From assembly GCA_965660425.1 (NCBI GenBank), contig CBFHZX010000002.1, positions 66,942 through 130,941 on the forward strand: DNA of 64,000 nucleotides, written 5' to 3'. The position numbers were made by a program, and so were the translations under genes. Each line of letters begins with the position of its first letter. Position 1 is the stretch's first letter. Positions 31,192-40,677 of this stretch are shown here, piece after piece. The notes under the pieces were generated by a model, which saw only the letters and a list, made by a program, of their open reading frames with translations, was not told where the DNA came from and did no database searches. Source of the DNA: Sulfitobacter sp. (GTDB lineage Bacteria; Pseudomonadota; Alphaproteobacteria; Rhodobacterales; Rhodobacteraceae).

Positions 31192-32894
31192 CACAGCACT
31201 CAACAGTGGCCTATCAGGTTATGTGGAACCGCCTTATCTCGGTCGTGGAGGAGCAGGCGCAGGCGCTGGTTCGCACTGCGTTTTCGACATCTGTGCGCGA
31301 AGCGGGCGATCTGTCTGCGGGCGTGTATGACGTCCAAGGCCAGATGCTGGCGCAAGCCGTCACTGGCACGCCGGGGCATGTGAATGCGATGGCGGATGCG
31401 GTTGCGCATTTCATCCGCCGTATCGGTCGAGACAATATTCACGAGGGCGATGTTTATATCACCAATGATCCTTGGGAAGGCACTGGCCATTTGCACGACA
31501 TCACCATGGTGACGCCTTCGTTCCACAAAGGCGCGCTGGTCGGGTTCTTCGCCTGCACAGCGCATATCGTGGACATCGGCGGGCGCGGCTTTGGCGCGGA
31601 TGCAGCGAGCGTTTATGAAGAGGGGCTGTACATCCCGATCATGAAGTTCGCAGAGCGCGGCACGGTCGACGAGACGCTCACGCGGATCATTCGCGGCAAT
31701 GTGCGCGAGCCTGATCAGCTGATCGGGGACATCTATGCGCTGGCGACCTGTAACGAGATCGGTCACCGCCGATTGATCGACATGATGGAAGAATTTGACC
31801 TCGCCGATCTGAATGGCATCGCAGAGTTCATCCTCTACAACTCACGCCGCGCTACGATTGAGCGGATCGCCGCCCTGCCGCAGCAGTCGGCGGAGGGCGA
31901 GATGACGATGGACGGGTTCGACCGCCCCATCACGCTCAAGGTGAAGGTGAGCGTTGAAGGCGACAAGATCGTGTCGGACTTTACCGGCTCCTCTGGGCTC
32001 GACAAAAAGGGCATCAATTGCCCGCTGGTCTATGCCAAAGCCTATGCCTGCTACGCGCTCAAGGTCGCCATCGCGCCCGAAATTCCGAACAATGCAGCCA
32101 GCCTCGCGCCGTTCGAGATTGCAGCGCCAGAAAACTTGATCGTGAACGCCTTGCATCCCGCGCCCGTCGCGTTGCGCCATATTGTGGGTCACTTCGTGCC
32201 TGATGCGGTGTTCAATGCGTTCGACAAGATTGTGCCGGGCCTCGTGCCAGCTGAAGGCGCTGGATGCCTGTGCAATTTCCAAGTGTCCCTGCGCCCGCGC
32301 ACGGATGCACCTGCCCCTGCAACGGCGCGTCGGTCCGAAGTGTTGACGTTCAACTCTGGCGGCTCTGGCGCGCGGCCTGCGCATGACGGGCTGAATGCGA
32401 CGGCGTTCCCTTCAGGCGTGATGACCATGCCGATCGAGGCCACGGAACATGCAGGCCCAGTGATCATCTGGCGCAAAGAGCTGCGGCCCGATAGCGGCGG
32501 CGCTGGCAAGACACGCGGCGGTTTGGGTCAATACATGGAAGTCGGTGCACAAGAGGGGCATGAGTTCGACATTCAGGCGATGTTTGACCGTGTAGATCAT
32601 CCTGCCAATGGCCGACGTGGTGGCCACGCAGGTGCGCCCACAACGATTGCCCAAGACGATGGCAGCCTGATGAGGGGCAAAGGCAAGCAGTTCGTTGCAC
32701 ACGGTCGCCGCGTTGTCATGGCCTTCCCTGGTGGTGCGGGCTATGGCGATCCGTCGCAGCGGTCGGATGATCTGGTCAAGCGCGATCTGGCACGGGGATA
32801 TATCTCCCCCGAGACGGCGGCGCGTGACTATAACCTGTCTGCTGCCGATATTGCAGAAGTTGCAGCCCTCGTCGCAAAAGGAGAGACGATATAA
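31188..32894 (+). CDS. Hydantoinase B/oxoprolinase family protein
   Basis: 568 aa. HyuB-type pattern (VMWNRLISVVEEQAQALVRTAFSTSVREAGDLSAGVYD). Confidence 0.9.
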   Translation: MTQHSTVAYQVMWNRLISVVEEQAQALVRTAFSTSVREAGDLSAGVYDVQGQMLAQAVTGTPGHVNAMADAVAHFIRRIGRDNIHEGDVYITNDPWEGTGHLHDITMVTPSFHKGALVGFFACTAHIVDIGGRGFGADAASVYEEGLYIPIMKFAERGTVDETLTRIIRGNVREPDQLIGDIYALATCNEIGHRRLIDMMEEFDLADLNGIAEFILYNSRRATIERIAALPQQSAEGEMTMDGFDRPITLKVKVSVEGDKIVSDFTGSSGLDKKGINCPLVYAKAYACYALKVAIAPEIPNNAASLAPFEIAAPENLIVNALHPAPVALRHIVGHFVPDAVFNAFDKIVPGLVPAEGAGCLCNFQVSLRPRTDAPAPATARRSEVLTFNSGGSGARPAHDGLNATAFPSGVMTMPIEATEHAGPVIIWRKELRPDSGGAGKTRGGLGQYMEVGAQEGHEFDIQAMFDRVDHPANGRRGGHAGAPTTIAQDDGSLMRGKGKQFVAHGRRVVMAFPGGAGYGDPSQRSDDLVKRDLARGYISPETAARDYNLSAADIAEVAALVAKGETI

Positions 32895-34101
32895 AGACCC
32901 AAGCGCCGCAAAACACATCCTATGACGTGGTGATCATCGGGGGGCCATCATGGGTGCCTCTGCCGCGTGGTTTCTGTCGGATGACAAGGATTTCGACGGC
33001 AAGGTCTTGGTCGTGGACCGCGATCTGAGCTATGAGAACACATCGACCATGCACACCAACTCCTGCATGCAGCAGCAGTTTTCGGGTGAGTTGAATGTGC
33101 GCATCAGCCAGTTCGCAGCGGATTTCGTCAAGAACCTTCCGCGCTACATGGGCAATGATGACCGTGTGCCAGAGCTTACGATCCGCTCGTTCGGGTACAT
33201 GTATCTGGCGGACAATGAGGGCTTTGCCGATGTGCTGCGCGAGAGCCGCGAGGTACAGGTTGCCGCTGGTGCCGCGACGCAACTGATGACGCCTGATCAG
33301 ATCAAAGCGGCCTATCCGTTCTACAATGTGGATGACAGCGTTCTGGGGTCGATCAACCTTGTGGATGAAGGGCTTTGGGATGCCACGGCTGTGTTTGACT
33401 GGTGGCGTAAATTGGCGCGCGAACGGGGTGTTGAGTACATCGAGAACGAAGTCGTCGCCATCACCAAGAACGCGGCAGGCACGCGGGTAGAAAGCGTGAC
33501 CCTGAAATCGGGTGAGGTTATCGCTTGTGGTCAAGTGCTGAACGCCTCTGGCCCGCGCGCCGCACGCACGGTGCAGATGGCGGGTATCGAAGTGCCTGTC
33601 GAGCCCCGCAAGCGCTTCTCTTGGATCTTCTCGGCGGAGACACCACTGGATCGTGATCTGCCTCTGACGATTGACCCGTCGGGCGTTCACGTGCGTGAAA
33701 ACGGTGGTGGCACCTATCAATGTGGCGGGCATTCCGACATTGATCCTGCGGTGGAATACGATGACTTCGCGATGGATCGCAGTATGTGAGAGAACCACGT
33801 CTGGCCCATCCTTGCCACACGCATTCCGCAGTTTGAAGCGATCAAGGTCCAGTCCGAATGGGGCGGGCATTACGCGATGAACACCTTTGACCATAACGCC
33901 ATTCTAAGGCCGCATATGGAGGTCGAGAATTTCTTTTTCCTCAACGGCTTCTCTGGCCATGGCTTGCAACAATCCCCTGCCATGGGGCGCGGCACCGCCG
34001 AGATTATGGTGCATGGCGCATATAAAACGCTCTACATGACCCGGTTCCATTTTGACCGTATCCCCGCAGGGCGCAAGATTATTGAAAAGGCGATCATCTG
34101 A
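32891..34101 (+). pseudogene. FAD-dependent oxidoreductase (DAO family) gene with ATA in place of the start codon, a frameshift in a G6 run (32939-32944) and an in-frame TGA (33787-33789)
   Basis: AAGGAG then 6 nt then ATA: (M)KTQAPQNTSYDVVIIGG | frame change | GAIMGASAAWFLS...DDFAMDRSM*ENHVWPILATRIPQFEAIK...NGFSGHGLQQSPAMG. Track ORFs 32950..33789 and 33877..34101 share one frame. Confidence 0.8.
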
Positions 34102-34874
34102 TGAAACTTGCAGCAAACCCCTGTACCCGTGCGCTTGGCGCTGGGGAAAAGCAGATTGGCCTGTGGATCAGCCTGTGCAGCAACTTTGTTGCCGAGGTCA
34201 CGGCGCATGCGGGATATGACTGGGCGCTGATTGATATGGAGCATAGCCCCAACGACTACTTTAGCGTGCTCAGCCAAATGCAGGTCTTTGCGGCCAGTGA
34301 CACGACAGCGATTGTCCGGGTCGAATGGAACGACACGGTCGCGGTCAAACGCCTGCTCGATCTGGGCGCGCCCGGTATCTTGTTTCCGATGATCCAGTCG
34401 GTGGAAGAAGCGCAGAAAGCTGTCGCAGCAACGCGGTATCCGCCCCACGGTGTGCGCGGTGTATCAGGGGCCACGCGCGCGACGAAATTCGGGCGCATCA
34501 CGGATTATGTGGCGCGGGTTGAGGATGAAACGACAGTTCTGCTGCAACTCGAGACGCGCCACGCGGTGGAGCAGGCCGAAGCGATTGCAGATGTGGACGG
34601 CATACATGGCATTTTCTTTGGACCGGGCGATATCGCAGCCGACATTGGTAAAGTTGGCAAACCGATGGACGCTGAGGTCTGGGCGCTGATCAAACCCGCC
34701 GCACAAAAGCTGATCGCGAAGGGCATTCTCGTGGGAACGCTTGTCCTTGATCCAGCCTTCGCGACTGAATTGCTGAACGAAGGGTTCTCCTTTGTGGCGT
34801 GCGGCACGGATGCGAGCTTGCTTGCCAAGGCGTCCGATCACCTGCTCGCTACTGTCAAAGGGGGGGTAGCGTAA
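34101..34874 (+). CDS. HpcH/HpaI-family aldolase
   Basis: 257 aa. Pattern GLWISL...AGYDWALIDMEHSPND...VRVEWND is typical of class II 2-keto-3-deoxy-acid aldolases. TGATG overlap with the upstream gene. Confidence 0.85.
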   Translation: MKLAANPCTRALGAGEKQIGLWISLCSNFVAEVTAHAGYDWALIDMEHSPNDYFSVLSQMQVFAASDTTAIVRVEWNDTVAVKRLLDLGAPGILFPMIQSVEEAQKAVAATRYPPHGVRGVSGATRATKFGRITDYVARVEDETTVLLQLETRHAVEQAEAIADVDGIHGIFFGPGDIAADIGKVGKPMDAEVWALIKPAAQKLIAKGILVGTLVLDPAFATELLNEGFSFVACGTDASLLAKASDHLLATVKGGVA

Positions 34875-35166
34875 TCCGATTTAGCCATCTGGCTCTGTTT
34901 GGGGCAGGCAATCCACGAAAGAGGCTAAAGCAAGCGGCGAGGATTTATGCCGAGTGGTCAGTGTGCCCAGTACATTTTTATGACGTGGTCGACGCTCACA
35001 GTCTGAAAGATGCAGCTGGGGCCGCGGCGTTCCACAGTTCTTGTGCGTTGTCATCGTCTTCGACCATTGCGATGGCCGCAGCGCGCGTATCGACGCGAAT
35101 GGCCAGCTTTTCCGCTCTGCCTACACCCTTGTCTGGCGGATTCAATGGCTCACGCCAAAGGGCTGT

Positions 35167-36186
35167 TTACTCCGCCGAGTACATTCCGTCATAGATCGGA
35201 CCCAGCGTGTCCTGCTCGAACAGGGACGACACAGACGTGCCGTTCCAGATGTTCAGGATCGCTTGGGCAAATACAGGTGCCGTGGGCACGATGCGGATGT
35301 TGGGGGCGTTTTTGACTGTGTCGGAGGGCGCGATGGTGTCGGTGAGGACCAGTGATTTCATCACGGAATTGGTCACACGCTCCACCGCGCGGCCAGACAT
35401 GACGCCGTGAGTGATGTAGGCGTGCACTTCCTTGGCGCCGTTCTCCAGCAGGACTTCGGCGGCTTTGCACAGCGTGCCTGCGGTATCTACCATGTCGTCC
35501 ACGATGATGCAGGTCTTGCCTGTGACATTCCCGATCACGGTCATCTCGCTGACTTCGCCTGCCTTTTCGCGGCGTTTGTCCACGATGGCCAGAGGCGCAT
35601 TGAGGCGCTTGGCCAGTTCGCGCGCGCGCGCCACGCCGCCCACATCGGGGGAGATGATCAGCAGATCGTCAATCTGGTCCTTGAACGCGTGTTTAATGTC
35701 CAGCGCGAACACAGGCGAGGCATAGAGGTTGTCGACGGGAATATCGAAGAAGCCCTGAATTTGGGCTGCATGCAGGTCCATCGTCAGAATACGTTCGATC
35801 CCTGTTCCGACCAGCATGTTTGCGACCAGTTTGGCGGTGATGGGCGTGCGCGCCTTAGTGCGGCGGTCCTGGCGGGCATAGCCGAAGTAAGGCAGTACGG
35901 CCGTCACACGCTTCGCGGAGGAGCGGCGCAGGGCATCCGCCATGACCAGCAGTTCCATCAGATTGTCGTTGGCGGGGTTCGAGGTGGGCTGGATGATGAA
36001 CATATCCTCGCCGCGCACGTTCTCGAAGACCTCAACGAAGATTTCGCCATCATTGAACCGCTCTACCCGCGCATCGATCAGCCCGACATTGACCCCGCGA
36101 TGCAGGGACATGCGCCGTGCAATGGCTGTCGCCAGCGGCATGTTGGCATTGCCAGAAATCAGTTTCGGCTCGGGGGTATTTGGCAT
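35167..36186 (-). CDS. prs: Ribose-phosphate pyrophosphokinase
   Basis: Track ORF (457 aa) trimmed to MPNTPEPKLISGNAN (ATG 36186), giving 339 aa. PRPP-binding loop IIVDDMVDTAGT. Confidence 0.95.
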   Translation of the reverse strand: MPNTPEPKLISGNANMPLATAIARRMSLHRGVNVGLIDARVERFNDGEIFVEVFENVRGEDMFIIQPTSNPANDNLMELLVMADALRRSSAKRVTAVLPYFGYARQDRRTKARTPITAKLVANMLVGTGIERILTMDLHAAQIQGFFDIPVDNLYASPVFALDIKHAFKDQIDDLLIISPDVGGVARARELAKRLNAPLAIVDKRREKAGEVSEMTVIGNVTGKTCIIVDDMVDTAGTLCKAAEVLLENGAKEVHAYITHGVMSGRAVERVTNSVMKSLVLTDTIAPSDTVKNAPNIRIVPTAPVFAQAILNIWNGTSVSSLFEQDTLGPIYDGMYSAE

Positions 36187-36288
36187 GGGGTGGCTCCGAT
36201 GGGCAGCGGGCGACAGAATCGTCTCTGGCACAGCAGTTAACATGCGCCTAGGGTCAGGCAAAGTACGTACACCCCTCAGGAGCTTTAA

Positions 36289-36885
36289 ATGACTCAGATT
36301 GATTACTATTTCGCGACACTCTCGCCCTATTGCTATCTCGCGGGGACGCGGTTGGAGGAGGTCGCGGCCAAGCATCGGGCCAGAATCAACTACAAGCCCT
36401 TCGATATCATTCAGGGATTCGGGCGCACGGGTGGCACGCCGCCAAAGGACCGCCACCCCAGCCGTATTGAGTACCGCGCCCAAGAGCTGCCGCGTCAGGC
36501 GCGCAAACTTGGCATGCCGCTGAATTTGCAGCCCGCACATTGGCCCACGAATGGCGCGCCGTCAGCCTATGCCTTCATTGCGGCACAGAATGCGGGGGGC
36601 GGTGATCTGGGTGCCTTGGCGCACGGGATCACACGCGCCTGCTGGGCCGAGGAAAAGGACATCGCGCAGGATGATGTGATCTGCGCTTGCCTGACGGCGG
36701 CTGGGTTTGATCCATCGCTGGCCGACAGTGGTTTGCTGGAGGGGGCTGAGACCTACGCCCGCAATCTAGAAGACGCGGTCGAGGCTGGCGCATTCGGTGC
36801 GCCGTTCTATGTCATCGCAGAGCAGCGGTTCTGGGGGCAGGACCGCATTGAGGATATTGACCTGCATCTGCAAGGAAAACTGTGA
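36289..36885 (+). CDS. 2-hydroxychromene-2-carboxylate isomerase family (DsbA-like) protein
   Basis: 198 aa: MTQIDYYFATLSPYCYLA... The C-terminus has FGAPFYVI...FWGQDRI. Confidence 0.8.
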   Translation: MTQIDYYFATLSPYCYLAGTRLEEVAAKHRARINYKPFDIIQGFGRTGGTPPKDRHPSRIEYRAQELPRQARKLGMPLNLQPAHWPTNGAPSAYAFIAAQNAGGGDLGALAHGITRACWAEEKDIAQDDVICACLTAAGFDPSLADSGLLEGAETYARNLEDAVEAGAFGAPFYVIAEQRFWGQDRIEDIDLHLQGKL

Positions 36886-37670
36886 TACTTCATACGCATA
36901 CACATTTGTTCGAGGGCGCTGAGCGGCGTGCATTGGCGATCCATTGCACGCTGGGCCATTCAGGCGCGTGGCGCGGGGTCGCGGCAGCGCTCGAAGATGA
37001 TCTGAGCCTGCTGGCTGTTGACCTGCCGAGCCATGGCAAGTCGGGCGTCTGGGACCGCACGGGGAACCTGCATGATGTGGCCACAGATATGGTGCGCGGT
37101 GTGATGGACGGGCCGATGGATTTGATCGGCCATTCCTTCGGGGCCACCGTGGCGCTGCGCATCGCCGTTGAGACGCCAGAGCTGGTGCGCAGTCTCACGA
37201 TGATCGAGCCGGTGTATTTTGCCGCTGCATTCGCGGACAAGCCTGAGCTTATGGAGGCGTACAAGAGCAACAGCTTCGCGCTTAATGCGGCCTTCGAGAC
37301 GGGGGACGAGCGGGAGGCGGCGCGGGTGTTTCACCGTGACTGGGGGGACGGGACGCGTTGGGAGGACCTGCCTGCGCGGATGCAGGACCACATGGCGCGG
37401 CTGGTGCACTACGTGCCTGCCAGCTCTGCTTTTGTGCTGCATGATTGTGCTGGGTTGCTGGAGGGGGATCGCATGGCGGCTGCGTCGATGCCTGCTGTGG
37501 TGATCGAGGGCGATCAATCACCGCCGATGAGCGCGGAGGTGAGCATCGCGTTGGCAAAACGCCTGCCCGATATCGAGCGCGTAGTGATCAAGGGGGCGGG
37601 TCACATGCTACCGCTGACCCATCCCGAGAGTTTAGTGGAGCCTGTGCGGGCCTTGCTCGCCCGCAGCTAG
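36882..37670 (+). CDS. Alpha/beta hydrolase
   Basis: 262 aa. Nucleophile elbow GHSFG and a C-terminal GAGHMLPLTHPE. Confidence 0.8.
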   Translation: MILHTHTHLFEGAERRALAIHCTLGHSGAWRGVAAALEDDLSLLAVDLPSHGKSGVWDRTGNLHDVATDMVRGVMDGPMDLIGHSFGATVALRIAVETPELVRSLTMIEPVYFAAAFADKPELMEAYKSNSFALNAAFETGDEREAARVFHRDWGDGTRWEDLPARMQDHMARLVHYVPASSAFVLHDCAGLLEGDRMAAASMPAVVIEGDQSPPMSAEVSIALAKRLPDIERVVIKGAGHMLPLTHPESLVEPVRALLARS

Positions 37671-38704
37671 AGGTGGCTCAGGAACTGGTCGATGAGATCG
37701 TCGGTCATAGCCCAATCGCAGACCATGCGGGAACGTAGCATCTCGTCGGCGGGGCCCTTGTCCCTATCACCGTAGAGCACGTAATAAACCGCTCCTGCAG
37801 CGTGCAGCAGTTGGTGCGTGGCGCGAGGCAGGCGCACGAAGATCATGTTTGCTTGGGGCGTGTGCACGAACTCTGCGCCTTTTGCTCGCAGACCAGCCGT
37901 CAGGCGCGCGCAAGCAGCGTTGGATTTGCGCGCCATGTCGAGCCAGAGGCTGTCCTTGAGGTAGCCTTGCATTTGAGCAGAAAGATAGCGGTGTTTGGAA
38001 AAAAGATGCGCGCCCCGTTTGCGGCGGAGCTCGAACTCCCATGCTTTTGCGGGGTCAAAGAACACCACCGCCTCGACGCCCGCGCAGCCGTTCTTGGTGC
38101 CGCCGAAGCTCACCACGTCCACGCCTGATTTCCATGTCATCTCGGCCGCGGTGCAGCCCAAAGTGACCAGCGCGTTGGCAAAGCGTGCGCCGTCGAGATG
38201 GACGGGCAGGCCCGCGTCCTTTGCCACGGCGGTCAGTGCGCGCAGCTCTTCAAGGCTGTGGACGGTGCCTGCCTCGGTTGCTTGGGTGATGGAGACGGCG
38301 CCAGACTGTGCCATGTGGACATTGCCATTCGGACGCCGTGCGATGGCCGCTGCGAGGACCTCTGGCGTCATCTTGTCTTCGGTGGGGATCAGCGTGAGTT
38401 TCGCGCCGCCCATGTAGAATTCGGGTGCGTTGCACTCGTCTTCCTCGATATGGGCGTACTCAGCGCAGAAAACCGTCTGCCACGGCTGGGTGTAGCATGC
38501 CAGCGCCAATGCGTTGGCTGCGGTGCCCGTGGCGACCAGATAGACGGCTGCCTCGGGGGCCTCGAAAACCTCACGTATTTGCGCACGAACCTCGTCCATT
38601 ATCGGGTCATTGCCATAGGGCAAAGCGTAGCCCGTGTTGGCGTCCTGCATGGCTTGCATGATCTGCGGGTGAATGATTCCAGCGTTGTCGGAGGCGAAAA
38701 ACAT
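37667..38704 (-). CDS. ltaE: Low-specificity threonine aldolase / beta-eliminating lyase family (PLP-dependent)
   Basis: 345 aa: MFFASDNAG...LVATGTAANALAL...SFGGTKNG (PLP lysine). Confidence 0.8.
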   Translation of the reverse strand: MFFASDNAGIIHPQIMQAMQDANTGYALPYGNDPIMDEVRAQIREVFEAPEAAVYLVATGTAANALALACYTQPWQTVFCAEYAHIEEDECNAPEFYMGGAKLTLIPTEDKMTPEVLAAAIARRPNGNVHMAQSGAVSITQATEAGTVHSLEELRALTAVAKDAGLPVHLDGARFANALVTLGCTAAEMTWKSGVDVVSFGGTKNGCAGVEAVVFFDPAKAWEFELRRKRGAHLFSKHRYLSAQMQGYLKDSLWLDMARKSNAACARLTAGLRAKGAEFVHTPQANMIFVRLPRATHQLLHAAGAVYYVLYGDRDKGPADEMLRSRMVCDWAMTDDLIDQFLSHL

Positions 38705-39178
38705 CTATGTAGGCTCCTCGATGATATGGTCTACCCAGTCTTCGAATGCGGTTTCCCATTCGCTGACCGTACGCCCCCGCATTGATACGCCCGCCTTGTG
38801 CACGCTGTCGGGGGTGCCTGTGATCAGGGGGTGCCAGTCGGCCAGGGACTGGCCCTTCCACAGACGGCGATAGGCGCAGGTCTGGGGCATCCAATAGGCG
38901 TGATCGTCTATGTTGTCAGGCGTCATCACGATGCAATCGGGCACGAATTGGTGGCGGATGTCGTATTGCGCGCAGCGGCAGGTGGCATCATCGAGCAGGC
39001 GGCAGGCGACGTTGGTGAGGGCGACCGCGCCCGTGTCCTCATCCTCAAGCTTGTTCAGGCAGCATTTGCCACAGCCGTCGCAGAGGGCCTCCCACTCCTT
39101 TTTGTTTAAGGATTTGAGCGGCTTTTGCTCCCAGAATTTGTGGCTGAGACCATGGCGGTTGATTGGGTCATCTGTCAT
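38705..39178 (-). CDS. YcgN-family (UPF0260) cysteine-cluster protein
   Basis: 157 aa: FWEQKPLKSLNKKEWEALCDGCGKCCLNKLEDEDTG. Confidence 0.8.
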   Translation of the reverse strand: MTDDPINRHGLSHKFWEQKPLKSLNKKEWEALCDGCGKCCLNKLEDEDTGAVALTNVACRLLDDATCRCAQYDIRHQFVPDCIVMTPDNIDDHAYWMPQTCAYRRLWKGQSLADWHPLITGTPDSVHKAGVSMRGRTVSEWETAFEDWVDHIIEEPT

Positions 39179-40107
39179 AGCGCGGTCAGTATCGCACGGG
39201 CTTGCGTACTGTCGGCGTCCATCTGGGTGATGAGGGCGTCGAGGCTGTCGAATTTCTCCTCCCCGCGCAGGTGCTCGACCAGCGCGATGGAGACGTTGGC
39301 GCCATAAAGATCGCCTTTGAAATCGAAGATGAAGGTCTCGAGGTTTGGCTTGTTCTCGCCGAACATGGGCCGCACGCCCATGGAGGCGACGCCGTGATAG
39401 CTGCCCTCATGCGGGCCGTCTAGGACATCGGCGAGCACGGCATAGACGCCAAAGGCGGGCGGGTGCAGCCCGTCGATGCTCATGTTTGCAGTGGGATAAC
39501 CCAATTCGCGCCCACGCTGCTCCCCACCGATCACAGGGCCCTCAACGCGGTGCCAGTGGCCGAGCATGGCGGCGGCGTCGCGGGGGCGGGCATCGGTCAG
39601 GGCGCGGCGGATGGCGGTGGAGGAAATGGTTTGCTCGGTTTGCTCCATCAGCGGAGCGATGGTGACGCCAAAGCCCAAGCGCTGCCCGTAGGTTTTCAGA
39701 TCATCCGCCGTGCCTTTGCGCCCCTGGCCGAAGCAGAAGTCAGCTCCCACGACCACATGGGCCAAGCCGAGCCCTTGGTGCAGGACTTTGTCCGCAAAAT
39801 CAAAGGGGGTGAGGGCGGCGAGGGCCGTGTTGAAGGGGAGCTGGTATAGGCGATCAACCCCCACCTTGGCCAGACGTGAGGCGCGGGCGGCGCTGCTCAT
39901 CAACCGAAAGGGCGGGGATTTGGGCGCGAAATAGGCGCGGGGGTGGGGCTCGAAGGTCACGATGCCCAAAGGCGCGTCAGGGGCGGCGGCGCGCGCCATG
40001 TCGATCACCGACAGGTGGCCGAGGTGCACGCCATCAAAATTGCCAATCGCGGCGGTGGCGCCGCGATCCTGCTCGTCTGTGAATTGATAGTCTGAAATGA
40101 TCCGCAT
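39175..40107 (-). CDS. ribF: Bifunctional riboflavin kinase / FMN adenylyltransferase
   Basis: 310 aa: AIGNFDGVHLGH...GYPTANM...E..IFDF.GDLYG pattern. Confidence 0.92.
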   Translation of the reverse strand: MRIISDYQFTDEQDRGATAAIGNFDGVHLGHLSVIDMARAAAPDAPLGIVTFEPHPRAYFAPKSPPFRLMSSAARASRLAKVGVDRLYQLPFNTALAALTPFDFADKVLHQGLGLAHVVVGADFCFGQGRKGTADDLKTYGQRLGFGVTIAPLMEQTEQTISSTAIRRALTDARPRDAAAMLGHWHRVEGPVIGGEQRGRELGYPTANMSIDGLHPPAFGVYAVLADVLDGPHEGSYHGVASMGVRPMFGENKPNLETFIFDFKGDLYGANVSIALVEHLRGEEKFDSLDALITQMDADSTQARAILTAL

Positions 40108-40143
40108 GGCTTTGAGTAGCCGCGCGGCTGCGTCAGTGCAAGG

Positions 40144-40587
40144 TCAGTCGAACTTGCGCGAGGGGGCCAGCACGGTGGCTTCGCCTACCAGCACCTTTTT
40201 GCCATCCACAGCGCAGTGGCAATCCATTTTCACGATGCGTTTGGCGGGGTCGATGTTGGTCACTTTCACCTCGGCATAGACGGTATCACCAGGGCGTACG
40301 GGGCGTAGGAATTTCATGGTCTGGCCCAGATAGACGGTGCCATGACCGGGCAGCTGCTCCCCGATCACGGCGGAGATGAGGCCAGCGGTCAGCATGCCAT
40401 GAGCAATGCGGCCTTGGAAAATCGTGTCTTGGGCATAGTCATCATCGAGGTGCACAGGGTTGCGATCGGTCGAGATGGTGGCGAACATCTCGATATCCTC
40501 ATCGGTGACCTGCTTGCGGATGTAGCGAAACATGCCGATTTCGATGTCTTCGATGACGATGGTGCCGCGGGGAAGATTGTCCAACAT
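40144..40587 (-). CDS. MaoC-family (R)-hydratase/dehydratase
   Basis: Track ORF trimmed to MLDNLPRG (ATG 40587, AAGAGGG upstream). Hot-dog motif TDRNPVHLDDDYA...IAHGML. Confidence 0.85.
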   Translation of the reverse strand: MLDNLPRGTIVIEDIEIGMFRYIRKQVTDEDIEMFATISTDRNPVHLDDDYAQDTIFQGRIAHGMLTAGLISAVIGEQLPGHGTVYLGQTMKFLRPVRPGDTVYAEVKVTNIDPAKRIVKMDCHCAVDGKKVLVGEATVLAPSRKFD

Positions 40588-40677
40588 GTGTGCCCTCTTG
40601 GTAATAAAAGTTCGAGCCAGCGGCTCGGTTGGTAACTTAATTACTTCGCGGGCGCAGAAAATCAAGCTTTATTTATG

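Noticed and set aside
34996-35166. 56 codons open in the same frame directly after the prs TAA stop (TALWREPLNPPDKGVGRAEKLAIRVDTRAAAIAMVEDDDNAQELWNAAAPAASFRL).
   Set aside because: prs already ends at its normal C-terminus. The stretch has no ATG or GTG with an SD (only an internal TTG), and I recognise no family. It may be a gene remnant at the edge of the accessory block, but I cannot support a call.
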